The position numbers and the translations under genes are program-made. DNA of 64,000 nt from Acidobacteriota bacterium. GTDB taxonomy: Bacteria; Acidobacteriota; Thermoanaerobaculia; Gp7-AA8. Below, piece by piece: positions 29,701-37,354 of this stretch (the stretch's first letter is position 1; every line of letters begins with the position of its first letter). Location of the stretch: contig JAFATB010000022.1 of assembly GCA_019244185.1 (NCBI GenBank), positions 352,001-416,000 on the forward strand, written 5' to 3'. Below the pieces are notes generated by a model, which ran no database searches, had not been told where the DNA came from, and saw only the letters and a program-made list of their open reading frames with translations.

Positions 29701-32068
29701 ATCCGCCGCCGTCCAGCAGGAGCGCATCGAGTACACATACGACGCCGACACGGGACGCCGGAGCCAGGAGAAGTACCTCGCAAAGGTGGGCTCCTCGTGG
29801 GTCGAAAAACATCGAGAGTCGTTTTCCTACGACGAACTAGCGCAACTCTCCTCGCATACGCATGCAGACAATACGAGTGTTGCCTATACCTATGACGACA
29901 TGGGCGGGATCGCATCGATCCGTGACGAAAACCACTCCAGTGCGAACACGCATTACGAATATGACACCGCGCATCGCCTCGCAGCCGTTATTCAGACGCT
30001 GAGCACGGCGCCGGGTGGATCGATCAGCACGACTTATGACTACGATGTTACGGGCAATCTGATCAGTGTCACCGATCCCAACGGCAACGAGACAATGTAT
30101 GTTTACGACGACTTGGGCCGCATGTCCTCGAATACGAGCCCGGTGACGGGCATCACGAGCTATGTGTACGATCCGGCGGGCAACCTGACCTCTGCCACCG
30201 ACGCCAACGACGCTACGACAGTGAGGACGTACGACGAGCTCGGCCGGCTCTTGACCGCCGAATCGTCACGCGCGGGTGCCGATACCGAGACGATTACGTA
30301 TGTGTATGATCAGGACTATTGCGGAACCGGCAATACGATCGGCCGGGTCACGGCGATGAGCGATCCGACCGGCGACACGCTTTACGGTTATGAACGGCGC
30401 GGACTTCTCACGACGGAATCGTCGGCGATGCCCGTGACGTACACCTACGACGCCAACGGAAATCGAGACTCGATCCTGTATCCATCCGGTCGGACGGTGA
30501 CATACACCTACGACTTCGGCAATCGGCCGGTGACCGTCACGGCCGACTCAACCGCGATCGTCTCCGGCGCTTCGTATCTGCCGTTCGGTCCAGCGGCGCA
30601 ATTGACGTTCGGGAATGGTACGACGAAAACGGTGACGTTCGACACCCGCTATCGCCCCACGGAGAACAAACTCGTCGGGACCTCAGGAACCGTCGCCGAC
30701 TACACATATCAGGAAGACGCCGTCGGCAATATTACCGAAATTCACGACGCCGTCAGTGCCACGTACAATCGCGATTTTAGCTACGACGATCTGAACCGCC
30801 TGGTTACGGCCAATAGCGGCACAGCGCTGTGGGGAAGCGGCAGTTATACCTATGATTCGATGGGCAATATGACCGCGCTCGCCCTCGGTACCCGGTCGCT
30901 GACCTTTTCGCACGATGGCTCGACGCCTAATCTGACGTCGGTGGGCGGTACTTCACCCAAAATCGTCACATACGATGCCGCCGGAAGCGAAACGTCCGCC
31001 GGTTTATACAGCGCACGGAACCTATACACGGGTTTCTTGACGTCTGGAACCCTGCAAACGACTACTGGGTTCGAAAATGGCTACGATGGGCGCGGCGTTC
31101 GTGTGACGGAAGCCACTCCCAAATCTGGCGCTCTGAGAGTGACGCGGTTTCTTTATTCGCCGGAACTCCACCTTCTGGCTCGACTCGATGAAACGACGTT
31201 CGATGGCACCGATTACATTTGGTTCGGCGGCGAACCGGTCGCGCAGGGATCCGCAGACACCCTCGCTCCCTTGCGTTTCACCTTCACCGATCATCTGGGT
31301 ACTCCCATTCTACAGACCGATCCGGACGCGACCGTCGTCTGGAGGGTGGAATACGAGCCATTTGGCTCCGTCTTCGCCTATCGCGCGGGCAACGCAACCG
31401 ACCCCCAAATTCTGCGGCTGCCCGGCCAGGAACGAGCATTCGTCGCCGAGGACGGAACCGAACTGTCGTACAACATTTTCAGGTGGTATCGGAGCGGGTG
31501 GGGGCGGTATACGCAGGCGGATCCAATCAGTTTGCTTGGGAGCTTACGCGTACGGCAGTACCCCGGTACACTTCCTTTGCCACAAGGCGGTATGGAATCA
31601 ATCCAAAGATTATTGGCGCGGCTTCAAGGTGACTACTTCAAGTCAGCCGGTGCTGTGCCCGCGAATACCTACGCGTACGGTGATGACAACCCGATCGCTC
31701 TAGCGGACGCATTTGGCTTGGAACCCGTTCTTTGCACAGTCTTTCGATTGAGGTCTAAACCGACGCCCAGCCCGATGGGATCTTTGCCGGGAAACGTTTG
31801 TCAATTCTCAGGCCACTGCGGCGGCGGTCCTTCCGGTCAGGTATATGACGTACCGGAGAACGATCCGTTCACGTATCGATTCATCCCTCCGTGCAAGGAG
31901 TGTCCAATTGCGTGTATCTACACTTGGGAAACGAGCATCGGTGGTCTTACTGCTGGTCCCCTTTGTTATGGTCAAGTGCCGGTTAACAACCACGGAGGCT
32001 TCCCGGGAGGAGGTTTCTCGGCGGGAGGCGGCAGCTTCCGCGGTAAAGGAGCGACCGGTGGCTGGTGA
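26789..32068 (+). CDS. Rhs/YD-repeat polymorphic toxin with signal-peptide-like N-terminus (true start possibly CTG 26900)
   Basis: FTRAYDS..GRFGNGW, YD repeats, TDHLGTP, YEPFG, RLPGQ, GRYTQADPI, NP..ADAFGL then Cys-rich C-terminal domain. Confidence 0.92.
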   Translation: MSVAAATVDGPIRMPYRGSFAIQATVVTLRLSAPEGILSFLDRRAVSLLFFVGIASIASAPRASACDVSLTASADPATATATFSATRSGATCSGGGVGMIVPDTDHQHSRVVSTPCGGDPCTVDFTVSTECWEPGSYTVTASATCHTVGSGSCDGEETANASTSVSILQSEVTSFGVSATPTTTPGLFELDFSYALQNLSVPRGIEWTFEDPNGTPFGTSWHSSLTQPSGVYTDYIDASCWVPGHHKVIAKTSACSVPVTAEGGLDVPSHSVSLEIKPPDGTHPTQTAYIHYDFPGTNSPTDRRLLLDWLPSPGRAGGNIYNEQAPNASGVVGPIAIEGSLSQRVLRATASACGRPVKGDAGVSPCCKDCSVPCQVGSPIRLWDGAVTYDERDPLPAAGPIAFTRAYDSANETTGRFGNGWTSLFDTGMVRATVAVDTVVVRLENNVQTVFEKQGSVWIQSWPKGAEMLDELTDETGGGWRYRQSNSSLAYHFSGGRLVRLVDERSNHAVVITWDDVTGQPLSIADERGNWSCSITTTGGLITQIAVDGEPDLTWNYSYSGNLLESVALDGETAWRTYDYTSGRLSAVHDAAGNLVESHAYDSSGRGTSSVAASDDITSVQYVAGTDGLTTHVTYATGREETYAQSFTTGRPRTLASDGGCTSCGARDSVYAYDLDGRLLRQQTADGYITTRTYDTAGRVTREDRFLRPAACNPATDSVHCRMTSAALATVSLSATSATTYVESDYTDSHWPDKPTVVRQPSVEVSNGVRTDSMTYDIVSGNVLTRTMTSASAASITRTDALYDGVETAAFDPGGAFDSGWLALPQPPRMTRLTDGPRTDVTDTTEFVYYPIDSSVPAVLRGHLAAVRNAAGHITRYEDYDVFGHATRVVDPNEIAQTTTYDALGRLLTSTIAGVSGCNTATDPLCATDLTVSRTYDPVSGPLASVTDAKGNVTAYEYDGRGRMSAMTRGPSAAVQQERIEYTYDADTGRRSQEKYLAKVGSSWVEKHRESFSYDELAQLSSHTHADNTSVAYTYDDMGGIASIRDENHSSANTHYEYDTAHRLAAVIQTLSTAPGGSISTTYDYDVTGNLISVTDPNGNETMYVYDDLGRMSSNTSPVTGITSYVYDPAGNLTSATDANDATTVRTYDELGRLLTAESSRAGADTETITYVYDQDYCGTGNTIGRVTAMSDPTGDTLYGYERRGLLTTESSAMPVTYTYDANGNRDSILYPSGRTVTYTYDFGNRPVTVTADSTAIVSGASYLPFGPAAQLTFGNGTTKTVTFDTRYRPTENKLVGTSGTVADYTYQEDAVGNITEIHDAVSATYNRDFSYDDLNRLVTANSGTALWGSGSYTYDSMGNMTALALGTRSLTFSHDGSTPNLTSVGGTSPKIVTYDAAGSETSAGLYSARNLYTGFLTSGTLQTTTGFENGYDGRGVRVTEATPKSGALRVTRFLYSPELHLLARLDETTFDGTDYIWFGGEPVAQGSADTLAPLRFTFTDHLGTPILQTDPDATVVWRVEYEPFGSVFAYRAGNATDPQILRLPGQERAFVAEDGTELSYNIFRWYRSGWGRYTQADPISLLGSLRVRQYPGTLPLPQGGMESIQRLLARLQGDYFKSAGAVPANTYAYGDDNPIALADAFGLEPVLCTVFRLRSKPTPSPMGSLPGNVCQFSGHCGGGPSGQVYDVPENDPFTYRFIPPCKECPIACIYTWETSIGGLTAGPLCYGQVPVNNHGGFPGGGFSAGGGSFRGKGATGGW

Positions 32069-32522
32069 CCGCTCTAGTCCGCCGAGTGATAACGATCATC
32101 GTATCGCCGTTTCGACTCGCGCAGATGGTCTGCCGCTGCTTTCACTCAGCCCGCCGATGAGGGTCCTGACCATTTCTGTGTTCGATAAGCAAACGAACGA
32201 ATTGTTGTGGGCAGCCGTTCCTGAGGCGTTCGGATCTCATAGCGGCACAGTCATTGGCGGCGTCGCTAGACGCACCCCGACGCGGGGTCAGGACGGACCT
32301 GAAGTGGGGTTTTACAATCAGGGCGCCGTCGATACCGAACTACTGCGGTCGACTGGAGTGGTCGTCAAGCAGATCCTGTACGGTATTCCGCCTGCAGGAT
32401 TTCGACAGTTAGCGCCTCAGGGCGCGGCGGCTCCATCACTTCGCCCTGGTGAGTATCTCGTGGTTGTGGTCGGCGAATCCTCCGTGCGTCAGTTGTTCAC
32501 TGTACCGTCAGGGGCGGTGTAA
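31908..32522 (+). CDS. Putative cognate immunity protein, exported/lipoprotein-like (alternative start GTG 32058)
   Basis: AAGGAG + TTG at 31908, basic-hydrophobic-Cys N-terminus; directly follows Rhs toxin domain. Confidence 0.55.
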   Translation: MRVSTLGKRASVVLLLVPFVMVKCRLTTTEASREEVSRREAAASAVKERPVAGDRSSPPSDNDHRIAVSTRADGLPLLSLSPPMRVLTISVFDKQTNELLWAAVPEAFGSHSGTVIGGVARRTPTRGQDGPEVGFYNQGAVDTELLRSTGVVVKQILYGIPPAGFRQLAPQGAAAPSLRPGEYLVVVVGESSVRQLFTVPSGAV

Positions 32523-32523
32523 C

Positions 32524-33033
32524 GACAACATCCCCCGGTGGTATCGGTCGGGTGGGGGGCAGTATACTCGGCGTGTGCGATCTATGAGTATGCGTTCGAC
32601 AATCCTCTGCGGTATGTAGACGCACGTGGGCTGAAATCTAGTCCGGGCTCATGCGGTCTCATGCGGTGTGGACTGCCCGGGAGGCACCTAGGCCGGTGTG
32701 AGCCAAGCGTCGGTGGTGGTGTGCTATTCCGGAAATCGAAGAGCGGGGCCGCTTACTTCTGCACGTCATCGACGCGCCGGTGCAACTTTGAATTCACGTC
32801 CACAACAGTCGGCTTGCAGGTTGGCGCTGCAGTCACTGAATTTCGGTGGTTACACGTGTTGCAAGTGCGCGGCCGATATCGCGGTGACGAACTTGCTAAG
32901 CATAGGGCCCATTCAATTAACGCGGGCGGTGGCGACTGCACAGGGGCGGAGTCACGGTGAGCTACCCAGCGTTGGAGCGCTAACCGTCGTCGGTGCACTC
33001 TGCAACACCAAGGTGACAGGATGCATGTTCTGA
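32524..33033 (+). pseudogene. Orphan Rhs core end + alternative C-terminal toxin, frameshifted
   Basis: ggtggtatcggtcgggtggggggcagtatac resembles ggtggtatcggagcgggtgggggcggtatac near 31482; YEYAFDNPLRYVDARGL. Confidence 0.75.
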
Positions 33034-33376
33034 GGAAGCCGTGCCGTCACTTGTTTGGTCGAATCGGGATCGGCTTGGTCGCGACGTCACCGCTTTCCGT
33101 AATCGCCGTCGTGCTTGTAATCATCGTCTTCGGCATTCGATCAAGCACGATCCAAATTGGAACGATTGTGATCGTGCTTGCAACCACGAGCGTCATTATG
33201 CATTTAGCGGTGATCGGAACTTTCTATACCTCGTGCACAGCAATACCACTCTCAATTCGGCTGACAAGTCCCGCTGGACTTACATGCTTGTGATGTGGCT
33301 GCCGTTCGGCGCGCTGATGTACTGGTATCGGTTCGTATGGCCACTCGACAGGACCGCTGACTCTGAGGACGATTAA
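33021..33376 (+). pseudogene. Small membrane protein, probable orphan immunity gene, split by a frameshift near 33220
   Basis: TM segments in one frame continue as YLVHSN..KSRW..WLPFGALMYWY in another. Confidence 0.5.
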
Positions 33377-33499
33377 CGGTGTCGTCGATCGCATGCGATC
33401 GACGCGGCTTAACGTCATGCTGAGGACAGTGAAAGATCGCACATCGTATTCATCCGCTCGCGCGACGTACGCGGCGGCCGCCGTCGTCAGAAGGGACTA

Positions 33500-33962
33500 A
33501 CTGGCCCCGCGCGATTCGACACGCTGCCCGCGCCGTTCCTGCTCCTCGCGAGCGCGATCGCCTTCATCGCCGCGTGGCGCCAGCCGGCCACGAAACGCAT
33601 CGAGCGGCTCCTCCCTCGCCGTGCTCGCTTCCTCGCGCTGCGTTACCAGCGCAACGTCGGGATGTTCGCGGTCGCGCGGCGGTTGCTCGCCGACCCTGAG
33701 CTCGCTGCGCTGTCGCGCGCGTGGAGCGAGCGCACGCGCCGGCTCGCGGGCGTCTTCACCGCAGTGGTGCTGCTGGCATCGTTCGTCACCTTCACCGCTC
33801 CGGGTCTCGGCATCAACCGCAAGAGATCGCCGTCGATGGGACGGAGTTCGCGGAACGCGCCGGCACCCGCGGTCACTGTTCAATCAGGCGCGCTTCGGCG
33901 GCTATCTAATTTTGGGCGTTGTATCCCCAGGTGGAAGTGCTCATCGACACACGCAACGAGGT
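33500..33962 (+). pseudogene. Fragment of a polytopic membrane protein (GT-C-like)
   Basis: Frameshifted pieces RYQRNVGMF, LFNQARFGGYLI / ALYPQVEVLIDTRNE; no start or stop context. Confidence 0.5.
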
Positions 33963-34096
33963 TCGACCTTCACGGCGCGCAACACCACCGCCGGCTGCAC
34001 GACAGCTAGCGCCGCCGCCCTCCGCCGCCGCATTAAACCCGTTCACCGATACGCCGCGAGGCGTGAATTGGACGAGGTCGTCCACCTTCGGCCAGG
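33963..34096 (+). repeat. Degenerate copy of TonB receptor 3' region (25665-25803)
   Basis: 26-nt exact match cttcacggcgcgcaacaccaccgccg, then gapped similarity to ..ttcggccagg. Confidence 0.85.
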
Positions 34097-34112
34097 GCCG
34101 GAGCTTATTGTT

Positions 34113-34186
34113 GCGATCAGGCCCGCAGCGTGACGCGCTCGCCGAACCGTTCCGTCACCGCTGACATCATCGCTTCCGTCGCCGCG
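34113..34186 (+). repeat. Right copy of 74-bp direct repeat, forming the current pheT 3' end
   Basis: Matches 26612-26685. Confidence 0.92.
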
Positions 34187-36192
34187 TTGATCGTCTCACC
34201 GGTCAGCGACTCCTCGGGGAGGTAGTCGATCTCGAACGTCACGGCGCGCGCTCGTTGCGGGTCGTTCGGCAGCTCGTAGACGTCGACCATGCGGATCTCG
34301 CGGAGGAACGGCGGCGCGGCGGTGGCGAGGGCGTCGCGCACGTCCGCGGCGGTGATGCCGGCCGGGATGGCGTAGGCGACGTTGCGGACGATCGGCTGGC
34401 GCGTCGACGGCTCGCGGTAGACGCGCGGCACCGGCGGCGCCAGCAGCGCGTCGACGGAGAGCTCGAGGTAGACGGGTCGCTGTCGTTTGATATCAAAGCG
34501 TTGCAGCAGCGACGGGTGCACTTCGCCGAACACGCCGACGAGCTGCTCGCCGAGGCGGATGCCGGCGCGGCGGCCGGGGTGGAGGAAGCGCGCCATGCGG
34601 TGCGCGTCGCCGGCGCCGCGGCGGAGATCGACGCGCAGCTCGAGCCGCAGCTGCTCGAGGATGCCGGCGAAGTAGATCGCGTCGGCGGGGCGTCCCTTGT
34701 CGCCCCAGAACGGGCCGCGGTCGCGGCCGTTCGCGAGCAGCCAGAGCACGGCTTCCTCGCGGCAGACGCCGTTCTCCGCCGACGGATCGGGGAGGAAGAG
34801 CCGCGCCCATTCGTACATCTTGAGATTGGCGGTCTTCAGATTGACGTTTGTCGCCAGCGCGTTCAGCGCCTGGGCGATGGTGTTGTTGCGGAGGAGCGAG
34901 TAGTCCTTCTCGATCGAGTTCTGCGTCTCGACGTGGTCCCACAGCGGATCGCCTTCGGTGATGCCGAGGCGCTCGCGCATGCGGCGGGAGTAGAAGCTGT
35001 CGGTGAAGATCTCGTAGAAGCCTTCGCCGACGAGCACGTCGTTCGTGCGCGCGACGACGTTCTCCGCGTGCGACGGCAGCGCGCCCATGTCGACGCGCGG
35101 CAGCGTCACGCGCGTGGCGTCGTAGCCGACGGACTTGAGCAGTTCCTCGTAGAGATCGTTTTCGAACTGCACGTCCCAGAGGCGGTGCGGCGGGACGATG
35201 ACGGAGAGCACGTCGTCGTTCGTGTACTCGACGGCGAAGCCGTACCTCGTCAACCTGTTGACCATCTCGGCGGCGGGCAGGTCCGCGCCGATGAAGCGCT
35301 GGGCCGGCGCGACGCGCAGCTCGATGGTGCGGCGCGGATTCGTCCAGGCGCCGGCGGTGAACGTGTCGCCGACGCGGTAGCCGCAGTGCGTCTCGAGCAG
35401 ATACGCGACGCGCGCGGCGCCGAAGAGCGGCAGCGTCGGATCGCCGCCGCGCATGAAGCGCGCGGCCGCGTCGGTGGGCTGATCGAGCTTACGGCTGGCG
35501 ATGCGCACCGCGACCGGATCGAACGTCGCAGACTCGAGGAGGATTCGCCGCGTCTGGTCGGTGACGGACGATTCGACGCAGCCGATCACGCCGGCGATGC
35601 CGAGGATCTTCTCGTCATCGGCGATGACCAGCGTGCCTTCAGGGATCTCGACCGGTTTCTCGGTGAAGAGCATCCACGCCTGTTCGCCGGCGCGCGAGAG
35701 GCGCACGGTGACGGCGCCGCGGATCGTGTCGGCGTCGAACGCGTGCGTCGGCTGGCCGAGGTCGAGGTTCGTGAGGTTCGAGGCATCGACCGGCGGCAGC
35801 GTCGAGTGGATGTCGCCGGCGAGCATCGGCGCGAGCACCTCGCGCGGCAGCGCCGCGTTGCCCTCGCCGCGAAAGAACTCCGTCAGCGTGTACACGAGGC
35901 AGAGCGGCGACTCGATCCGCACCTGCGCGTCGGTGGCCGGTATTGGATTCAGCGCGCGCGCCTGCGGCAAACGCAGCGGGCTGCCGGTGCGTCCCGACGC
36001 CTCGCGCGCGATGCCGGAATAGGCGTAGTGATCGCCGCGATTCGCCAGGAGCTCGACGTTGAACACCGTGCCGAACTCCGTCGCGTCGCTGGTTTTGACT
36101 TCGATGCCGACGTCGTCGAGCAGTTCGCGCGCCGCGTGCGGACGCTCAGGGAGATCGGTGAACGTTCGCAGATGCTCGAGGAGAACCTTCAC
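34117..36192 (-). CDS. pheT: Phenylalanine--tRNA ligase beta subunit (short, no B2 OB-fold)
   Basis: NRGD..GIARE, GQPTHAFD, LLESATF, DLYEE, C-terminal FDX-ACB ending TLRA; GTG overlaps pheS stop. Confidence 0.9.
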   Translation of the reverse strand: MKVLLEHLRTFTDLPERPHAARELLDDVGIEVKTSDATEFGTVFNVELLANRGDHYAYSGIAREASGRTGSPLRLPQARALNPIPATDAQVRIESPLCLVYTLTEFFRGEGNAALPREVLAPMLAGDIHSTLPPVDASNLTNLDLGQPTHAFDADTIRGAVTVRLSRAGEQAWMLFTEKPVEIPEGTLVIADDEKILGIAGVIGCVESSVTDQTRRILLESATFDPVAVRIASRKLDQPTDAAARFMRGGDPTLPLFGAARVAYLLETHCGYRVGDTFTAGAWTNPRRTIELRVAPAQRFIGADLPAAEMVNRLTRYGFAVEYTNDDVLSVIVPPHRLWDVQFENDLYEELLKSVGYDATRVTLPRVDMGALPSHAENVVARTNDVLVGEGFYEIFTDSFYSRRMRERLGITEGDPLWDHVETQNSIEKDYSLLRNNTIAQALNALATNVNLKTANLKMYEWARLFLPDPSAENGVCREEAVLWLLANGRDRGPFWGDKGRPADAIYFAGILEQLRLELRVDLRRGAGDAHRMARFLHPGRRAGIRLGEQLVGVFGEVHPSLLQRFDIKRQRPVYLELSVDALLAPPVPRVYREPSTRQPIVRNVAYAIPAGITAADVRDALATAAPPFLREIRMVDVYELPNDPQRARAVTFEIDYLPEESLTGETINAATEAMMSAVTERFGERVTLRA

Positions 36193-37229
36193 ATTCCACC
36201 TCGATGGATCGCGCGATGAACGCGGAGGTCCTGTTCGTACAGCGGCTTGATCGCCGGGATGCCGGTGGCCTGCGCGGCGATGCGCGTCGTGCCGAGGCCG
36301 AAGGCGATGCCGGCGACTTTGGTGTGGTCGTAGCCGAACTCGAGGAAGACCTTCGGATGGATCATGCCGCTGCCGAGGATCGTGATCCAGCCGGCGCCGC
36401 GGCACGCGGGACAGTGTTCATCTTTCGCGAAACAGACCGCGCATTGGATGTCCATGCCGACGGACGGCTCGGTGTACGGGTAGTACTTCGGCTTGAAGCG
36501 GAACGCATGCTCTTCGCCATAGACCGACTTCGCGATCTCGAGCAGCGTGCCTTTGAGGTCGCCGAAGGTGAGCCCTTCCTCGACCCAGATGCCTTCGAAC
36601 TGATGGAACATCGCCAGGTGCGTGGCGTCGACGGCCTCGTTGCGGTAGACGCGGCCCGCGGCGACGACTTTGATCGGCAGCGGCGGTTTGCGCTGGAGGA
36701 CGCGCGCCTGCACGGTGGTGGTGTGCGAGCGGAGCAGGAGGTTGTTCGGCAGCCAGAACGTGTCCTGCATGTCGCGCGCGGGATGGTTCTCCGGGATATT
36801 GAGCGCATCGAAGTTGTAGTACGGCGAGTCGACCTCGGGACCTTCCTCGAGCGTGAAGCCGAGGCGGCGCATGACGGCCATGCACTTCGCGTGGACGTCG
36901 GTGAGCGGATGCGTCGCGCCGCGCTCCTGCGCGATGCCGGGCAGCGTGAGGTCCTGCCATTCGCTCTCGATCTGCTTCGCGATGGCTGCTTCGCCGATGT
37001 GCGCGAGCGCCTCGTCGAGCTCGCGCTCGATGTTCTGCTGCGCGTCGTTGATGTCTTTGGCGAAGCGCGGGCGCTCGTCCGCGGACATCGAGCCGAGCGA
37101 CTTGAGCGCCGTCTTCACGTAGCTCTTCTTGCCGAGGTAGCGCGTGCGCAGCTCCTGGATCGCCTCGGGCGACTGCGCCGCGGAGAGTTCGGAGCGGAAT
37201 TGAGCGAGATGAGTCGATGCGTCGTTCAT
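36189..37229 (-). CDS. pheS: Phenylalanine--tRNA ligase alpha subunit (atypical motifs)
   Basis: NFDALNIP..HPARDMQDTF, GRVYR, FHQFEG, YPYTEPS, AFGLG. Confidence 0.92.
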   Translation of the reverse strand: MNDASTHLAQFRSELSAAQSPEAIQELRTRYLGKKSYVKTALKSLGSMSADERPRFAKDINDAQQNIERELDEALAHIGEAAIAKQIESEWQDLTLPGIAQERGATHPLTDVHAKCMAVMRRLGFTLEEGPEVDSPYYNFDALNIPENHPARDMQDTFWLPNNLLLRSHTTTVQARVLQRKPPLPIKVVAAGRVYRNEAVDATHLAMFHQFEGIWVEEGLTFGDLKGTLLEIAKSVYGEEHAFRFKPKYYPYTEPSVGMDIQCAVCFAKDEHCPACRGAGWITILGSGMIHPKVFLEFGYDHTKVAGIAFGLGTTRIAAQATGIPAIKPLYEQDLRVHRAIHRGGM

Positions 37230-37249
37230 GGTGCCCGAAAAGAGCGGTG

Positions 37250-37255
37250 ATTATA
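37250..37255 (-). promoter_or_regulatory. -10 box TATAAT for pheS
   Basis: attata on + strand, 20 nt from pheS ATG. Confidence 0.5.
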
Positions 37256-37354
37256 CGACTCACGTCGTGCCGCGCCAGTACCGCCGAAACGCCGGGTGGG
37301 TATGATTTTCGTTCGCCAGAGCACTCCTAAATAGGACGTCCGAACGGAGGCTGC

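Larger units (their letters stand above)
26612..34186. mobile_element. Rhs toxin genomic island inserted at pheT 3' end; no integrase within
   Basis: Flanking 74-bp direct repeats, visibly more A/T-rich codon use, Rhs + immunity + orphan module + pseudogene debris. Confidence 0.75.

Noticed and set aside
33876-33902. ctgttcaatcaggcgcgcttcggcggc as part of the TonB duplicate
   Set aside because: Better explained as the FN..FGGYL motif of the membrane-protein pseudogene
37230-37354. T-box or Phe attenuator upstream of pheS
   Set aside because: Only 125 nt shared by divergent genes; no T-box sequence or Phe-rich leader peptide
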